From Nitrosopumilus maritimus SCM1 (GTDB lineage Archaea; Thermoproteota; Nitrososphaeria; Nitrososphaerales; Nitrosopumilaceae): 32,000 nucleotides of DNA. Position numbers and translations under genes: made by a program. Positions 17,496-25,717 of this stretch are shown piece after piece (positions within the stretch are counted from its first letter, which is position 1; each line of letters starts with the position of its first letter). The notes below the pieces were generated by a model that did no database searches, was not told the origin of the DNA, and was given only the letters and a program-made list of their open reading frames with translations. The stretch covers positions 630,001 through 662,000 of the forward strand of contig NC_010085.1 in NCBI RefSeq assembly GCF_000018465.1, given 5' to 3'.

Positions 17496-17773
17496 TATGC
17501 TTGAATAAAATGTCAAAAATTGTTTTTCCTCCTCATCTAGAAGATAAAATATTTGAAATAAAATATGACTCTAACACTGTTTCTAAAATAACTTCTTATT
17601 TTCCTTTTTCAGACTCTGAAAAACAAGAGATTACTTCTATTGTTAATGTGGATTTCCTTGAATTTCATTCTATTTTTACTGACACTGTTTCTGATGAAGA
17701 ATGGAATCGAACTAAAGACCAAATCAAAAAAAGATTTAATGATGAATTGTTTAACATTGATAAAAAATCCTAG
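17492..17773 (+). CDS. hypothetical protein (operon partner of the REC protein)
   Basis: 93-aa ORF whose ATG overlaps the REC stop as ATGA at 17492-17495. No motif recognised. Confidence 0.55.
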   Translation: MICLNKMSKIVFPPHLEDKIFEIKYDSNTVSKITSYFPFSDSEKQEITSIVNVDFLEFHSIFTDTVSDEEWNRTKDQIKKRFNDELFNIDKKS

Positions 17774-17784
17774 TTCTGATTTGC

Positions 17785-17792
17785 TTTATTAT
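17785..17792 (+). promoter_or_regulatory. TATA-like box upstream of tRNA-Ser
   Basis: TTTATTAT is centred about 25 nt upstream of tRNA position 1 (17814), the expected archaeal box A spacing. Confidence 0.35.
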
Positions 17793-17813
17793 GGAGAAAA
17801 TTTTAGGTTAATT

Positions 17814-17895
17814 GCCGGAATAGCCAAGTGGTAAGGCGGCCGTCTCGAAAACGGCTACGCGCAAGCGTGCGGGAGTTCGAATCTCTCTTCCGGCG
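17814..17895 (+). tRNA. tRNA-Ser (anticodon CGA), type II with long variable arm, no intron, no encoded CCA
   Basis: Cloverleaf folded by hand. Acceptor GCCGGAA/TTCCGGC with discriminator G, and a 3-bp D stem with a GG loop. Anticodon stem GCCGT/ACGGC with loop CTCGAAA. A 15-nt variable arm. T arm GGGAG-TTCGAAT-CTCTC. Confidence 0.9.
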
Positions 17896-17909
17896 TATTC
17901 ATAATTTTT

Positions 17910-18119
17910 ATGGCTGATTCAAAGAATATCCTTATGACTAAAGAATTAGAGTCAAAGATTCAACAATCAGAAATTTCAACTGAAGAATTGATTTTACATT
18001 TTAGAGAAAAATGCAAAATCTGCGGTCACCATAGAATCATGCATGATGCAATAGGAAAATGTGAAGGTGTAATGAACAAACCTTGTACTTCTGGCTGTGA
18101 CAAATTTGAAGCAGAATAA
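17910..18119 (+). CDS. small Cys/His-rich putative zinc-binding protein
   Basis: 69 aa. CKICGHHRIMH...GKCEGVMNKPCTSGC contains 5 Cys and 3 His. The ATG lies only 14 nt after the tRNA 3' end. Confidence 0.6.
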   Translation: MADSKNILMTKELESKIQQSEISTEELILHFREKCKICGHHRIMHDAIGKCEGVMNKPCTSGCDKFEAE

Positions 18120-18157
18120 TTTCAAATTCTTTAATACTTATTTTATCTAGTTCTTTT

Positions 18158-18805
18158 ATGGCCCCTGACGTAAAAGAAGAAAAAATTTATCCGTTGGGCT
18201 ATGAACCTGAAACAACTCCTGAATCAACTGATCCTAATGTAAGAAATCAATTGATTAACTTCATTTTAAAATCTGGACCAACTGAAGTTGTAGATACTGA
18301 TTTGTTTGCAGTTATGGCAAAGAGGCGTTCAACAAGAAAATTTTTGGATAAACCTGTTGAAACTGCAAAAATAGATAAAATTATTGCAGCAGCTGATACT
18401 GCTCCAACTGCTGGAAACTATCAAGGCTTTGAAATTTTTTACGTAAAAAGTCCTGAAAAGAAAAAACAACTAATTGAAGCATGTAACAATCAACCTTATG
18501 TTAATGCACCTGTGGTGTTAGTTTTCTGTAAAAATCCTTCTAGAGTAAAATTTGATTTTCCTGAATATGTTTTAAAAAAATTTGCCATTCAAGATGCTAC
18601 TTTGGCAGCTGGATATTCTCAATTAGCTGCACAGGCTTTAGGATTGAGTTCGATTTGGATTGGAATGTTTGATGAACAAAAGGTAATGGATGTAATTGGA
18701 ACTGATTTGGTGCCTTCTTCTGTATTGTGTATTGGATATCCTAAACAAACTAAATTCCCAAAGCCAAGACGAAATCTCAAGGACTTGGTTCATGTAACGT
18801 GGTAA
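18158..18805 (+). CDS. nitroreductase family protein
   Basis: 215 aa. RRSTRKF motif and a later ApTAGNxQ-like segment typical of the FMN nitroreductase fold. TATA-like tttaatactt lies about 24 nt upstream. Confidence 0.85.
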   Translation: MAPDVKEEKIYPLGYEPETTPESTDPNVRNQLINFILKSGPTEVVDTDLFAVMAKRRSTRKFLDKPVETAKIDKIIAAADTAPTAGNYQGFEIFYVKSPEKKKQLIEACNNQPYVNAPVVLVFCKNPSRVKFDFPEYVLKKFAIQDATLAAGYSQLAAQALGLSSIWIGMFDEQKVMDVIGTDLVPSSVLCIGYPKQTKFPKPRRNLKDLVHVTW

Positions 18806-18857
18806 GCTTTACCTAAAATTATCCATCTTTAAATAGCGAGTACTATTTGTTAGATTC

Positions 18858-19091
18858 ATGACTGATGCTTACGTTATGTTAAATTGTGAGTTAGGCGCAG
18901 AAACTGAAATTATTGAAAAACTCAAAGAACTTGAACAAGTCGTAGATGTCTTTGAAACTATTGGAACTCATGATATGCTAGTCAAATTACAAGCTGAGAA
19001 TTTTGAAAAGATTAGAGAGATCGTTTCTTGGAATATTCAAAAATTAGACAAAGTTCGTTCTACTGCAACTCTCATAAAAAAAGATAATTAA
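18858..19091 (+). CDS. stand-alone Lrp/AsnC-type ligand-binding (RAM) domain protein
   Basis: 77 aa. AYVMLNCELGAETEIIEKLKELEQVVDVFETIGTHDMLVKL matches the pattern of the AsnC C-terminal domain. No HTH. Confidence 0.75.
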   Translation: MTDAYVMLNCELGAETEIIEKLKELEQVVDVFETIGTHDMLVKLQAENFEKIREIVSWNIQKLDKVRSTATLIKKDN

Positions 19092-19111
19092 GATTAACAT
19101 AATCTTCTCAT

Positions 19112-19288
19112 ATGGTTGATGATAAAAACGAGATAGACAAACTCATCGATAATATGATTACTAGTGGGGATGAACTAGTTGATAATCTTAAAACAGTTTT
19201 GCCCAACTCACTTGCAGAATCTATGGTTATGTTTCATGAATCAAATGTTGAAAATTTGAAAAAAATCAAAGAATTTCTTAACAAATAG
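19112..19288 (+). CDS. small hypothetical helical protein (58 aa)
   Basis: Hand translation: ATG 19112, TAG 19286-19288, MVDDKNEIDKLIDNMITSGDELVDNLKTVLPNSLAESMVMFHESNVENLKKIKEFLNK. It fills an otherwise empty 260-nt gap on the same strand as its neighbours. Confidence 0.4.
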   Translation: MVDDKNEIDKLIDNMITSGDELVDNLKTVLPNSLAESMVMFHESNVENLKKIKEFLNK

Positions 19289-19351
19289 ATTTCAATCTGA
19301 TTAGTGTCATTACTACTATATCCTTTTTAATCATTAATCGAATTTAAAACC

Positions 19352-19729
19352 GTGCCAAGATCTAGAACAATTACTATTACTGTAAAGAAAAAAACAGGTG
19401 ATGCATTTGATGCAATTTTACAATTACCTCCTAAAATGATGCCTGATGCAAAATTTCATGATGATGGTTGGTGGTCTTTTACTGGGCCTCATGGTAAATC
19501 TAAACTGAAATTTAATGAGAATAAACCTCTTGGAATTTTAGATCATCAATATGTTGATGAAGAATCTGTATGGGATGTTCCTATGAGAGTTGTTTCAAAT
19601 GGAGATTATTCTGAAATTTTGATTACTCTGAATAAACCTGATGAATTAACTGATAAACAATTCAATAAAAGAGTAGAAGAAATTGGAGAACTAGTTAATA
19701 ACATGAAACAAATCATCGAGTCTTCTTAA
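19352..19729 (+). CDS. hypothetical protein (possibly SRPBCC-like fold)
   Basis: 125-aa ORF with a GTG start about 22-25 nt downstream of TATA-like tttttaatcatt. The fold suggestion is only a by-eye impression. Confidence 0.5.
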   Translation: MPRSRTITITVKKKTGDAFDAILQLPPKMMPDAKFHDDGWWSFTGPHGKSKLKFNENKPLGILDHQYVDEESVWDVPMRVVSNGDYSEILITLNKPDELTDKQFNKRVEEIGELVNNMKQIIESS

Positions 19730-19882
19730 CTGAGCCTAGATTACGTAGAAATCATTCCTTAAGCTTAAAAACAAATTTGGATATGATGTATTGATAAAAA
19801 TGCCATATGAAGAAGTATATTTTCAAAGATTGGAAGAAGATGATCCTGAAGTATATGAAAAAATAAAATCTAAAAAAACTTA

Positions 19883-20224
19883 CTAGTCTTGTTTTCCTTC
19901 TGAATCTTCATTTTGTGAACTACCAGGACCTACAACATCCTCAGGTTTTACTTTACTGTCCCAATCTCCCCTTGCACCTTTAACCAACGCAATAGCTCCT
20001 GCTCCAAGTAATCCTATCACTAGTGCAAAAAATACCGTTTGGTCCATTACCTTAAATGAACAATTAATCTCCTGAGGTGGTTTATCTTCAAAATACTCAT
20101 AACATGTTCCAAATTCATTTTCCTCAAATGTTGCAGCTTGATACTGTTCACCAAATACGCCTAACACAATAAATCCTGCAAAAGTTAGACCTATTCCAAT
20201 TAGGATAAACCTCATATCACTCAT
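19883..20224 (-). CDS. hypothetical membrane protein (2 TM) with acidic C-terminal tail
   Basis: 113 aa. TM segments FILIGIGLTFAGFIVLGVF and VFFALVIGLLGAGAIALV with a Cys-containing loop between them. Confidence 0.6.
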   Translation of the reverse strand: MSDMRFILIGIGLTFAGFIVLGVFGEQYQAATFEENEFGTCYEYFEDKPPQEINCSFKVMDQTVFFALVIGLLGAGAIALVKGARGDWDSKVKPEDVVGPGSSQNEDSEGKQD

Positions 20225-20278
20225 AATGTCTTTTTCTGATTCACAGTATTTACATTTTAACCCAAAAAACTGCTAGTG

Positions 20279-20740
20279 TTATTTTTCTAACAGTGTTTTT
20301 AGATTTTCAAGTGATGCTTCATAAAATGAACCCATAAACAATAAGAAGTCTGTAAATTGCTTTTCTGACATTTTTTTACTATTGATATATGATTGCCATG
20401 TTAATTCTACAAGATTTTTTGATTTTGGTTTAATTGATATTGTTGCCACATATGCCCTTAATGGTAAACCTTCAGTTGCTACATACGTAAAATATTCACC
20501 TGTCTTCCATGCTACCACATGTTCTTCTATTTGGTTTCCATCTGCAAATGTGATTAATCTTATTGCTCCTACGTCTTTTTTCTTTTTAGAAAGATAAACT
20601 GTTTTTTTTACATCGACTAACCATGTTGGCAGTCCTACAATATTGCTAACTTTTCTCCAAACTTTGTCTTTTGATGCTTTGATCTTTATTGTTTTTTTGA
20701 CTGTGCCTGTATGAAATGATTTTTTTACAGATTTAACCAT
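20279..20740 (-). CDS. SRPBCC (START/polyketide-cyclase-like) family protein
   Basis: 153 aa. IKASKDKVWRKVSNIVGLPTWLVDV and the overall beta-rich/terminal-helix pattern are typical of SRPBCC. Confidence 0.7.
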   Translation of the reverse strand: MVKSVKKSFHTGTVKKTIKIKASKDKVWRKVSNIVGLPTWLVDVKKTVYLSKKKKDVGAIRLITFADGNQIEEHVVAWKTGEYFTYVATEGLPLRAYVATISIKPKSKNLVELTWQSYINSKKMSEKQFTDFLLFMGSFYEASLENLKTLLEK

Positions 20741-20812
20741 ATGGCACCCACAATCTTGTGAGTTTTAAATTTTGTACAACCATTTTTAATCCCCTTTAAC
20801 CAATATTATCAA

Positions 20813-22093
20813 ATGGTCTTTGGATGGGGCAAAAAGAAACAAGAAGAAAAAGTTGTAGAAGAGATCCCTCAGTCAAAAGATGTCTCTCTTGATGATGTTG
20901 AGAAAATTGTAGATGATCTGAAAAAACTACGCGAATCCCAAACAGTATCTGAGGTAAAACATCTTCGAAATAGTACTGCTCCTCTAATTGAGGATTTAAT
21001 CAAAATTGGAAACATGCTTGAAAAAGACACTCTGAATGTTGATGACATTGATAAACATCTTGCCGTTATTGTTGTTAGAGGAAAAAAACAGGTAATTGAT
21101 GTAATTAAGAGAGGTGTTGTCTCTCTTCCAGATGTATCTTCAATTGAAAGTGCAAAGAAACTAGATAATTCTTTGAATCAAATTTTAAAAAAAGTGGGTG
21201 ATGTTTTGGGACGTCAAACTAGAGTTATTCATATTTTTGCCAAAAAATATGCTAATCAATTAAAAGATAATTTGGAAGTTATGAATCAAAATCGTTCTAA
21301 CATTCATGATGTTCTTCAAAATTTTGAAAACACGGAATCTACTTCTAGTGAAATTATTAATGCATTAAAAAAAATTGAAACTCTAAAATCTAAAAAAATA
21401 GAAAAAGATCAAAAAATTATCAACACAAATAATGAATTAGAATCCACAAAAGAACAACTTTCCTCTTTAGAAAAAAATATTGATGAGATTAAATCCTCTG
21501 ATGAATATAAAAAATATCTTGAATCAAAAAAATCCCTTGAATTATTTGAAAATGAAAAAGCAAAAATCAAAAATGAAATCAACTCTCAGTTTACAAAGAT
21601 TTCTAGACCTCTTGGTAGATATGAGTACACATCATCTTTAGAAAAAGATCAAAAAAACATCCTCACCAAATTAGTAGAAAATCCCTTTGATGTATTGACT
21701 TCTGAAAATAAAGATTCTATAATTGTGATCTTAGAAAATGTTCGAAAAAATGTCACATCTGGTTCTATATCTGTAAAAGATGTTGAAAAGACATTATCAC
21801 AAATCACTGAAACTGTAGAAACCTTAGATGGATTCATTTCTCAAGTTTCAACATATTTTCAAAAACATCAAAAAATGTCTAATGATTTAGATTCTCTTCG
21901 ATCTGAAAAATTAACCTCATTGGAATCTGAATTTGCTAAAACATCTGATTCGAAAAATGATTTAGAACTAAAGTCTGAAACGTTTCAAGGTGAGATTGAT
22001 GAAATTGACACTAGCATACCCCAACTTGTTACTGAAATAGAGAAAAAATTGAGGTCATTTTCTAATACAAAATACACCGTTTTGATGTCCTAA
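20813..22093 (+). CDS. long coiled-coil protein, function unknown
   Basis: 426 aa, strongly K/E/L/S-rich and heptad-like throughout. The N-terminus is MVFGWGKKKQEEK. Confidence 0.7.
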   Translation: MVFGWGKKKQEEKVVEEIPQSKDVSLDDVEKIVDDLKKLRESQTVSEVKHLRNSTAPLIEDLIKIGNMLEKDTLNVDDIDKHLAVIVVRGKKQVIDVIKRGVVSLPDVSSIESAKKLDNSLNQILKKVGDVLGRQTRVIHIFAKKYANQLKDNLEVMNQNRSNIHDVLQNFENTESTSSEIINALKKIETLKSKKIEKDQKIINTNNELESTKEQLSSLEKNIDEIKSSDEYKKYLESKKSLELFENEKAKIKNEINSQFTKISRPLGRYEYTSSLEKDQKNILTKLVENPFDVLTSENKDSIIVILENVRKNVTSGSISVKDVEKTLSQITETVETLDGFISQVSTYFQKHQKMSNDLDSLRSEKLTSLESEFAKTSDSKNDLELKSETFQGEIDEIDTSIPQLVTEIEKKLRSFSNTKYTVLMS

Positions 22094-22124
22094 AATTAAA
22101 TTAGTTCAAAATCTAATATCATTC

Positions 22125-22526
22125 ATGTTGTTCAAAAAGAAAAAATTTGAACGCAAAGTTATCCTTAACAAAGAAGTTCTTGATAGTATTCTCTCATATT
22201 GTCAAATGAAACATCCTAATGAAGGAATCTTAATTCTCAAAGGAAAATCAAAAAACGGTGAAATTAACATTGATGGACTAGTAATTCCTCCATTTAATTA
22301 CACTGGACCTACATTTGCAGGATTTCCACACTCTTTCTTGCCTTTTGATATGAGCTATGTTGGAATTGTGCATTCACATCCAAGTGGCTCAGCAGAACCT
22401 TCTGTTACTGATTTGCATAATTTCTTTGGATTGGTTTCTTTAATTGTCAAATCTCCGTATTCTGATGAATCTGTCTTTGCTTGGGATAGTAGTGGCAATG
22501 CTATCCCCCTCTCAATAAAACAATAA
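22125..22526 (+). CDS. JAMM/MPN+ family metalloprotease (minimal, 133 aa)
   Basis: Complete JAMM motif: E33 (HPNEG) and H83-S-H85-x7-S93-x2-D96 (HSHPSGSAEPSVTD). Confidence 0.85.
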   Translation: MLFKKKKFERKVILNKEVLDSILSYCQMKHPNEGILILKGKSKNGEINIDGLVIPPFNYTGPTFAGFPHSFLPFDMSYVGIVHSHPSGSAEPSVTDLHNFFGLVSLIVKSPYSDESVFAWDSSGNAIPLSIKQ

Positions 22527-22597
22527 TTCAAAATTCTAGTGGAATTTCAAAAAAACTGACAAAACTTTATAACCTTTTTGGAGGTACTTTCTATGAA

Positions 22598-22927
22598 TTG
22601 TTTAATTACAAAACATATTTGATTTTCTTATTTGCATCATTGGCTATCAGCATAGGATTGCAAATGGTATTGCCATTCCCATATGGATTGGGAGCTGCAC
22701 TTGCAATCTTTATCGCATTTCCATTAATTTTGAGAAGACGATACATGAATCGTATGAGAGGTGGTTATGGCGGTAGTGACTCTGGTGCCGGAGGCGGTGG
22801 ATTCTTTGGAATGGGTTCCCAAGGTGGCTCTGGTGGTGTACGTTATGTATGTCTTGTATGTAACAACAAACACAAAGGTGGCTCTTGTCCACGATGTGGC
22901 TCTAAAATGCAACGTGCTGACTTCTAA
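22598..22927 (+). CDS. membrane protein with Gly-rich linker and C-terminal zinc ribbon
   Basis: 109 aa. Two TM helices, RRRYMNRMRGGYGGSDSGAGGGGFFGMGSQGGSGG, then CLVC...CPRC. The start is uncertain: TTG at 22598, with the next in-frame Met at 22664. Confidence 0.6.
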   Translation: MFNYKTYLIFLFASLAISIGLQMVLPFPYGLGAALAIFIAFPLILRRRYMNRMRGGYGGSDSGAGGGGFFGMGSQGGSGGVRYVCLVCNNKHKGGSCPRCGSKMQRADF

Positions 22928-22929
22928 AA

Positions 22930-23241
22930 ATGTCTCTTAATGAAATTAGTCAAAAGGTAATCTTCCATAATTCTGTTGATGTATGGATTTCTGCATGTGG
23001 TGAAAAAAACAAAGATTGGACAAATCCCGAAGATTACAAACAATTCATTGCACATTTGCTAAAAAACAATCTCAATCTTAAGGCATTCAATCTTTGTACT
23101 CATGAAGCAGGAGCTACTGAAGAAGAAAAAACAAAATTTACTGAAATCCTAGCTCAAACAAAAGAAACTGATCCAAATTCAAAAACTTACACAATCAAAT
23201 TAAATGATTCAGCAATATCCACAATTCGAAGTTATTTCTAA
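22930..23241 (+). CDS. hypothetical protein
   Basis: 103-aa ORF with its ATG 2 nt after the preceding stop. No motif recognised. Confidence 0.55.
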   Translation: MSLNEISQKVIFHNSVDVWISACGEKNKDWTNPEDYKQFIAHLLKNNLNLKAFNLCTHEAGATEEEKTKFTEILAQTKETDPNSKTYTIKLNDSAISTIRSYF

Positions 23242-24609
23242 TCATCTTTTTAACTTTGGATTGACAATTGCATCAAGTGCATTTCCTATGAATACAAATG
23301 CAAGTCCTGCAATTGCAATCATTACTCCTGGAGGCATGATCCACCACCATAATCCTCTTGCAGCTGCTCCGAATGTATTTGCATCATGAAGTATATGTCC
23401 CCATGTTGGAAATGATGGGTCTCCTAATCCTAGAAAACTCAAACCTGCCTCCGTAGTTATTGCTGCTGGTACTGATATCGCAATGCTCGCAAATGCATAT
23501 GGGAGTAACTGCGGTAAGATGTGTTTGAGTACAATTTTGGAATTTTTTTGCCCCATCATGTTTGCTGCATCCACATATCCTTTGGTCTTGATTTGTAAAG
23601 ACATACTTCTTGCAACCTTTGCAATTCCTACCCATCCAAAAATCATCAAAAACCCTACTAGAACGAATATACTGTTACTAATCGTGACTGATAAAATTAT
23701 CAAAAATGGAAGTGCCGGTAATGCATAGATTACATCATTGAATCTCATCATCACCTCGTCTGTTTTTTTACCTTTGAATCCTGCATACACCCCATACAAT
23801 AATCCCATTATTACCGATGCAATGGATACCACTAAACCGATAAACAAAGCAAGTGGAGTTCCCCATAACAGTCCTATGGCAAGGTCTCGTCTTAATTCAT
23901 CTGTCCCCATCATTCCAAATGCTTTTCCACCTATGATCAATTTTGATTCATGGCTTTTAATTTCAGAATTAATAGAATATGTGTCAACTGAAAAAATATA
24001 ATTTCCTTTTAGCGGTTCATTTGTTTTGGTATTTGAAAATACAATATCTTCAGCTGATAGTCTTTCTAAATTGAAATCAAACAAGTCTGATTGCAATAAC
24101 AAATTTTTCTTTATTGTTTCATCTGTTGAAAAAATTCTTTCACTATGAACTGTTTTAGTATGTGAATAAGGTAATGATGTGGATGATAATTCTAATTTTA
24201 TTCCATCTGGTCTTGTGACTGACATTTGTAATAACACTGATTCAGAATACTCTGATGAAAAAACATAGATAAAATCATTTGGAAAAAATTCATAATCAAA
24301 ATTTATTCCAAATTTATGGGATGATAACATAATCTCTCCTTCTGAATTTGTTTGAATGTGTGGATTTTCTAGAATTTTATGTTCAGGAATTTTTTCAGTC
24401 ATGAAAATATTTATCCAAATTGGAACTGCAACTTTGGGATATGAAATCCAATTTCCTGGATTATTCCATTCTTGAAATGTTTCTACTGGAATTGCAATAA
24501 TTGCAATAATTGATGTTGTTACGAGTATGCTCAAAATTGTAATCCCTGCAATTCCTATTTTGCTTTTAAGAAACTCTTGCTTGATTTCCTGAGGTGTTAT
24601 ACTGCTCAT
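23242..24609 (-). CDS. ABC transporter permease, peptide/nickel (OppC/DppC-like) family, with large N-terminal extracytoplasmic insertion
   Basis: 455 aa. The C-terminal 230 aa show the binding-protein-dependent permease pattern (VDAANMMGQKNSKIVLKHILPQLLP, the EAA-loop region). About 200 aa lie between TM1 and TM2. Confidence 0.85.
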   Translation of the reverse strand: MSSITPQEIKQEFLKSKIGIAGITILSILVTTSIIAIIAIPVETFQEWNNPGNWISYPKVAVPIWINIFMTEKIPEHKILENPHIQTNSEGEIMLSSHKFGINFDYEFFPNDFIYVFSSEYSESVLLQMSVTRPDGIKLELSSTSLPYSHTKTVHSERIFSTDETIKKNLLLQSDLFDFNLERLSAEDIVFSNTKTNEPLKGNYIFSVDTYSINSEIKSHESKLIIGGKAFGMMGTDELRRDLAIGLLWGTPLALFIGLVVSIASVIMGLLYGVYAGFKGKKTDEVMMRFNDVIYALPALPFLIILSVTISNSIFVLVGFLMIFGWVGIAKVARSMSLQIKTKGYVDAANMMGQKNSKIVLKHILPQLLPYAFASIAISVPAAITTEAGLSFLGLGDPSFPTWGHILHDANTFGAAARGLWWWIMPPGVMIAIAGLAFVFIGNALDAIVNPKLKR

Positions 24610-25655
24610 TGCCCTGTCCTCACTCTTGGATCAAAGTACCCATAAAGCAAATCTGCAATGAATATGCTAACTAGAAAGAACACTGTTAGAATGTACGTTG
24701 CACCAATTATTACTGGTAAATCCATTACTGTAATTGCTTCAAAGTACAATCTTCCCATTCCTGGCCAGTCAAATACTGCTTCTGTGATGATTGCCCCTCC
24801 TAACGAACCTGATAAACTTAAAGCTAAAATGGTGACGATTGGTGGTGCCGCATTTTTTAATGCATGAGTATAGATTATCTTTTTTCGTTTAATGCCGATT
24901 GTTTTTTTTGCCATGATGAAATCTTCTTGCATAATTCCTACCATGAAATTTCTTACCAAATATGCCCATGAACCAAAACCAATCATTACAATTGTGATAA
25001 GTGGCAATGCCATATGATACAACAATGATCCTATGTATCCTGGATCCGATGAAGGAATGTCTGGTGTCGCTCTTGCAGGAAATATCTGGTACGTGAAGGC
25101 AAATAAAAATATCATCAACATTCCTATCCACCAAACTGGAAAACTTGAACTGATAATCGCAAAACTTGATGTGATTCTATCTATAACTGAGCCTACCTTA
25201 CTTGCTGATAATGCTCCTAAGAATATGCCAATTACTGAAATAATTATTGTGGCTGTTGTAAATAGGAGAATTGTTCTTGGTAGTTTTTCAAATATTATAT
25301 CCTTTACATCAGATGATCCTGCATCACTAGTAAGAAAAGTAGCATGACCAAAATCTAACAATAAAATCTTGTACATTGTTAGTCCTATTCTTTGAGGTGA
25401 ATACCACGGTTCATCTAGACCCATAACCTTCATTCTTTGATCAATTTGACTTTGAATGAATTTTTCAAATTCTTCCACAGATGAAAAACTCTCTGCGATT
25501 GCAGGATTTTCTGTGATTTCTGAACGAACTTGAAAAACCATTCCTTGTTTTAGTATGGTGTCCATGTTTGAACCAACTAATGAAATTGTGATTAGCAGTG
25601 TAATCATCAAAACTCCAAACATTGTTGCAGCCCTTGTTGCAACATATCTTTTCAT
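24606..25655 (-). CDS. ABC transporter permease, peptide/nickel (OppB/DppB-like) family
   Basis: N-terminus MKRYVATRAATMFGVLMITLL and the EAA-loop region EDFIMAKKTIGIKRKKIIYTHALKNAAPP. The track start is GTG at 25661. The in-frame ATG at 25655 is preferred. ATGA overlap with the downstream permease gene. Confidence 0.85.
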   Translation of the reverse strand: MKRYVATRAATMFGVLMITLLITISLVGSNMDTILKQGMVFQVRSEITENPAIAESFSSVEEFEKFIQSQIDQRMKVMGLDEPWYSPQRIGLTMYKILLLDFGHATFLTSDAGSSDVKDIIFEKLPRTILLFTTATIIISVIGIFLGALSASKVGSVIDRITSSFAIISSSFPVWWIGMLMIFLFAFTYQIFPARATPDIPSSDPGYIGSLLYHMALPLITIVMIGFGSWAYLVRNFMVGIMQEDFIMAKKTIGIKRKKIIYTHALKNAAPPIVTILALSLSGSLGGAIITEAVFDWPGMGRLYFEAITVMDLPVIIGATYILTVFFLVSIFIADLLYGYFDPRVRTGQ

Positions 25656-25717
25656 ACTCACTAATCACAAATATGAAAATCAGTTTATAATCATTTGAAA
25701 GTAACCGTAAAAGAATT

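Noticed and set aside
17640-17834. Track ORF 17640..17834 (+)
   Set aside because: It is out of frame inside the 93-aa gene and runs into the tRNA-Ser gene. It is incompatible with both.
19800-19886. 28-aa ORF MPYEEVYFQRLEEDDPEVYEKIKSKKTY ending in a CTAG overlap with the 19883..20224 gene
   Set aside because: It is too short, has no motif, and no independent support is available from sequence alone. It is mentioned only in the CTAG finding.
20382-25668. Track ORFs 20382..20597, 21649..21837, 22710..22892, 22724..22912, 23204..23389, 23384..23635, 23483..23728, 23738..24001, 24658..24867, 24889..25134, 25033..25347 and 25465..25668
   Set aside because: They are shadow ORFs antisense to, or out of frame with, the SRPBCC, coiled-coil, Gly-rich and ABC permease genes. 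The two at 22.7-22.9 kb arise from the GC-rich glycine codon tract.
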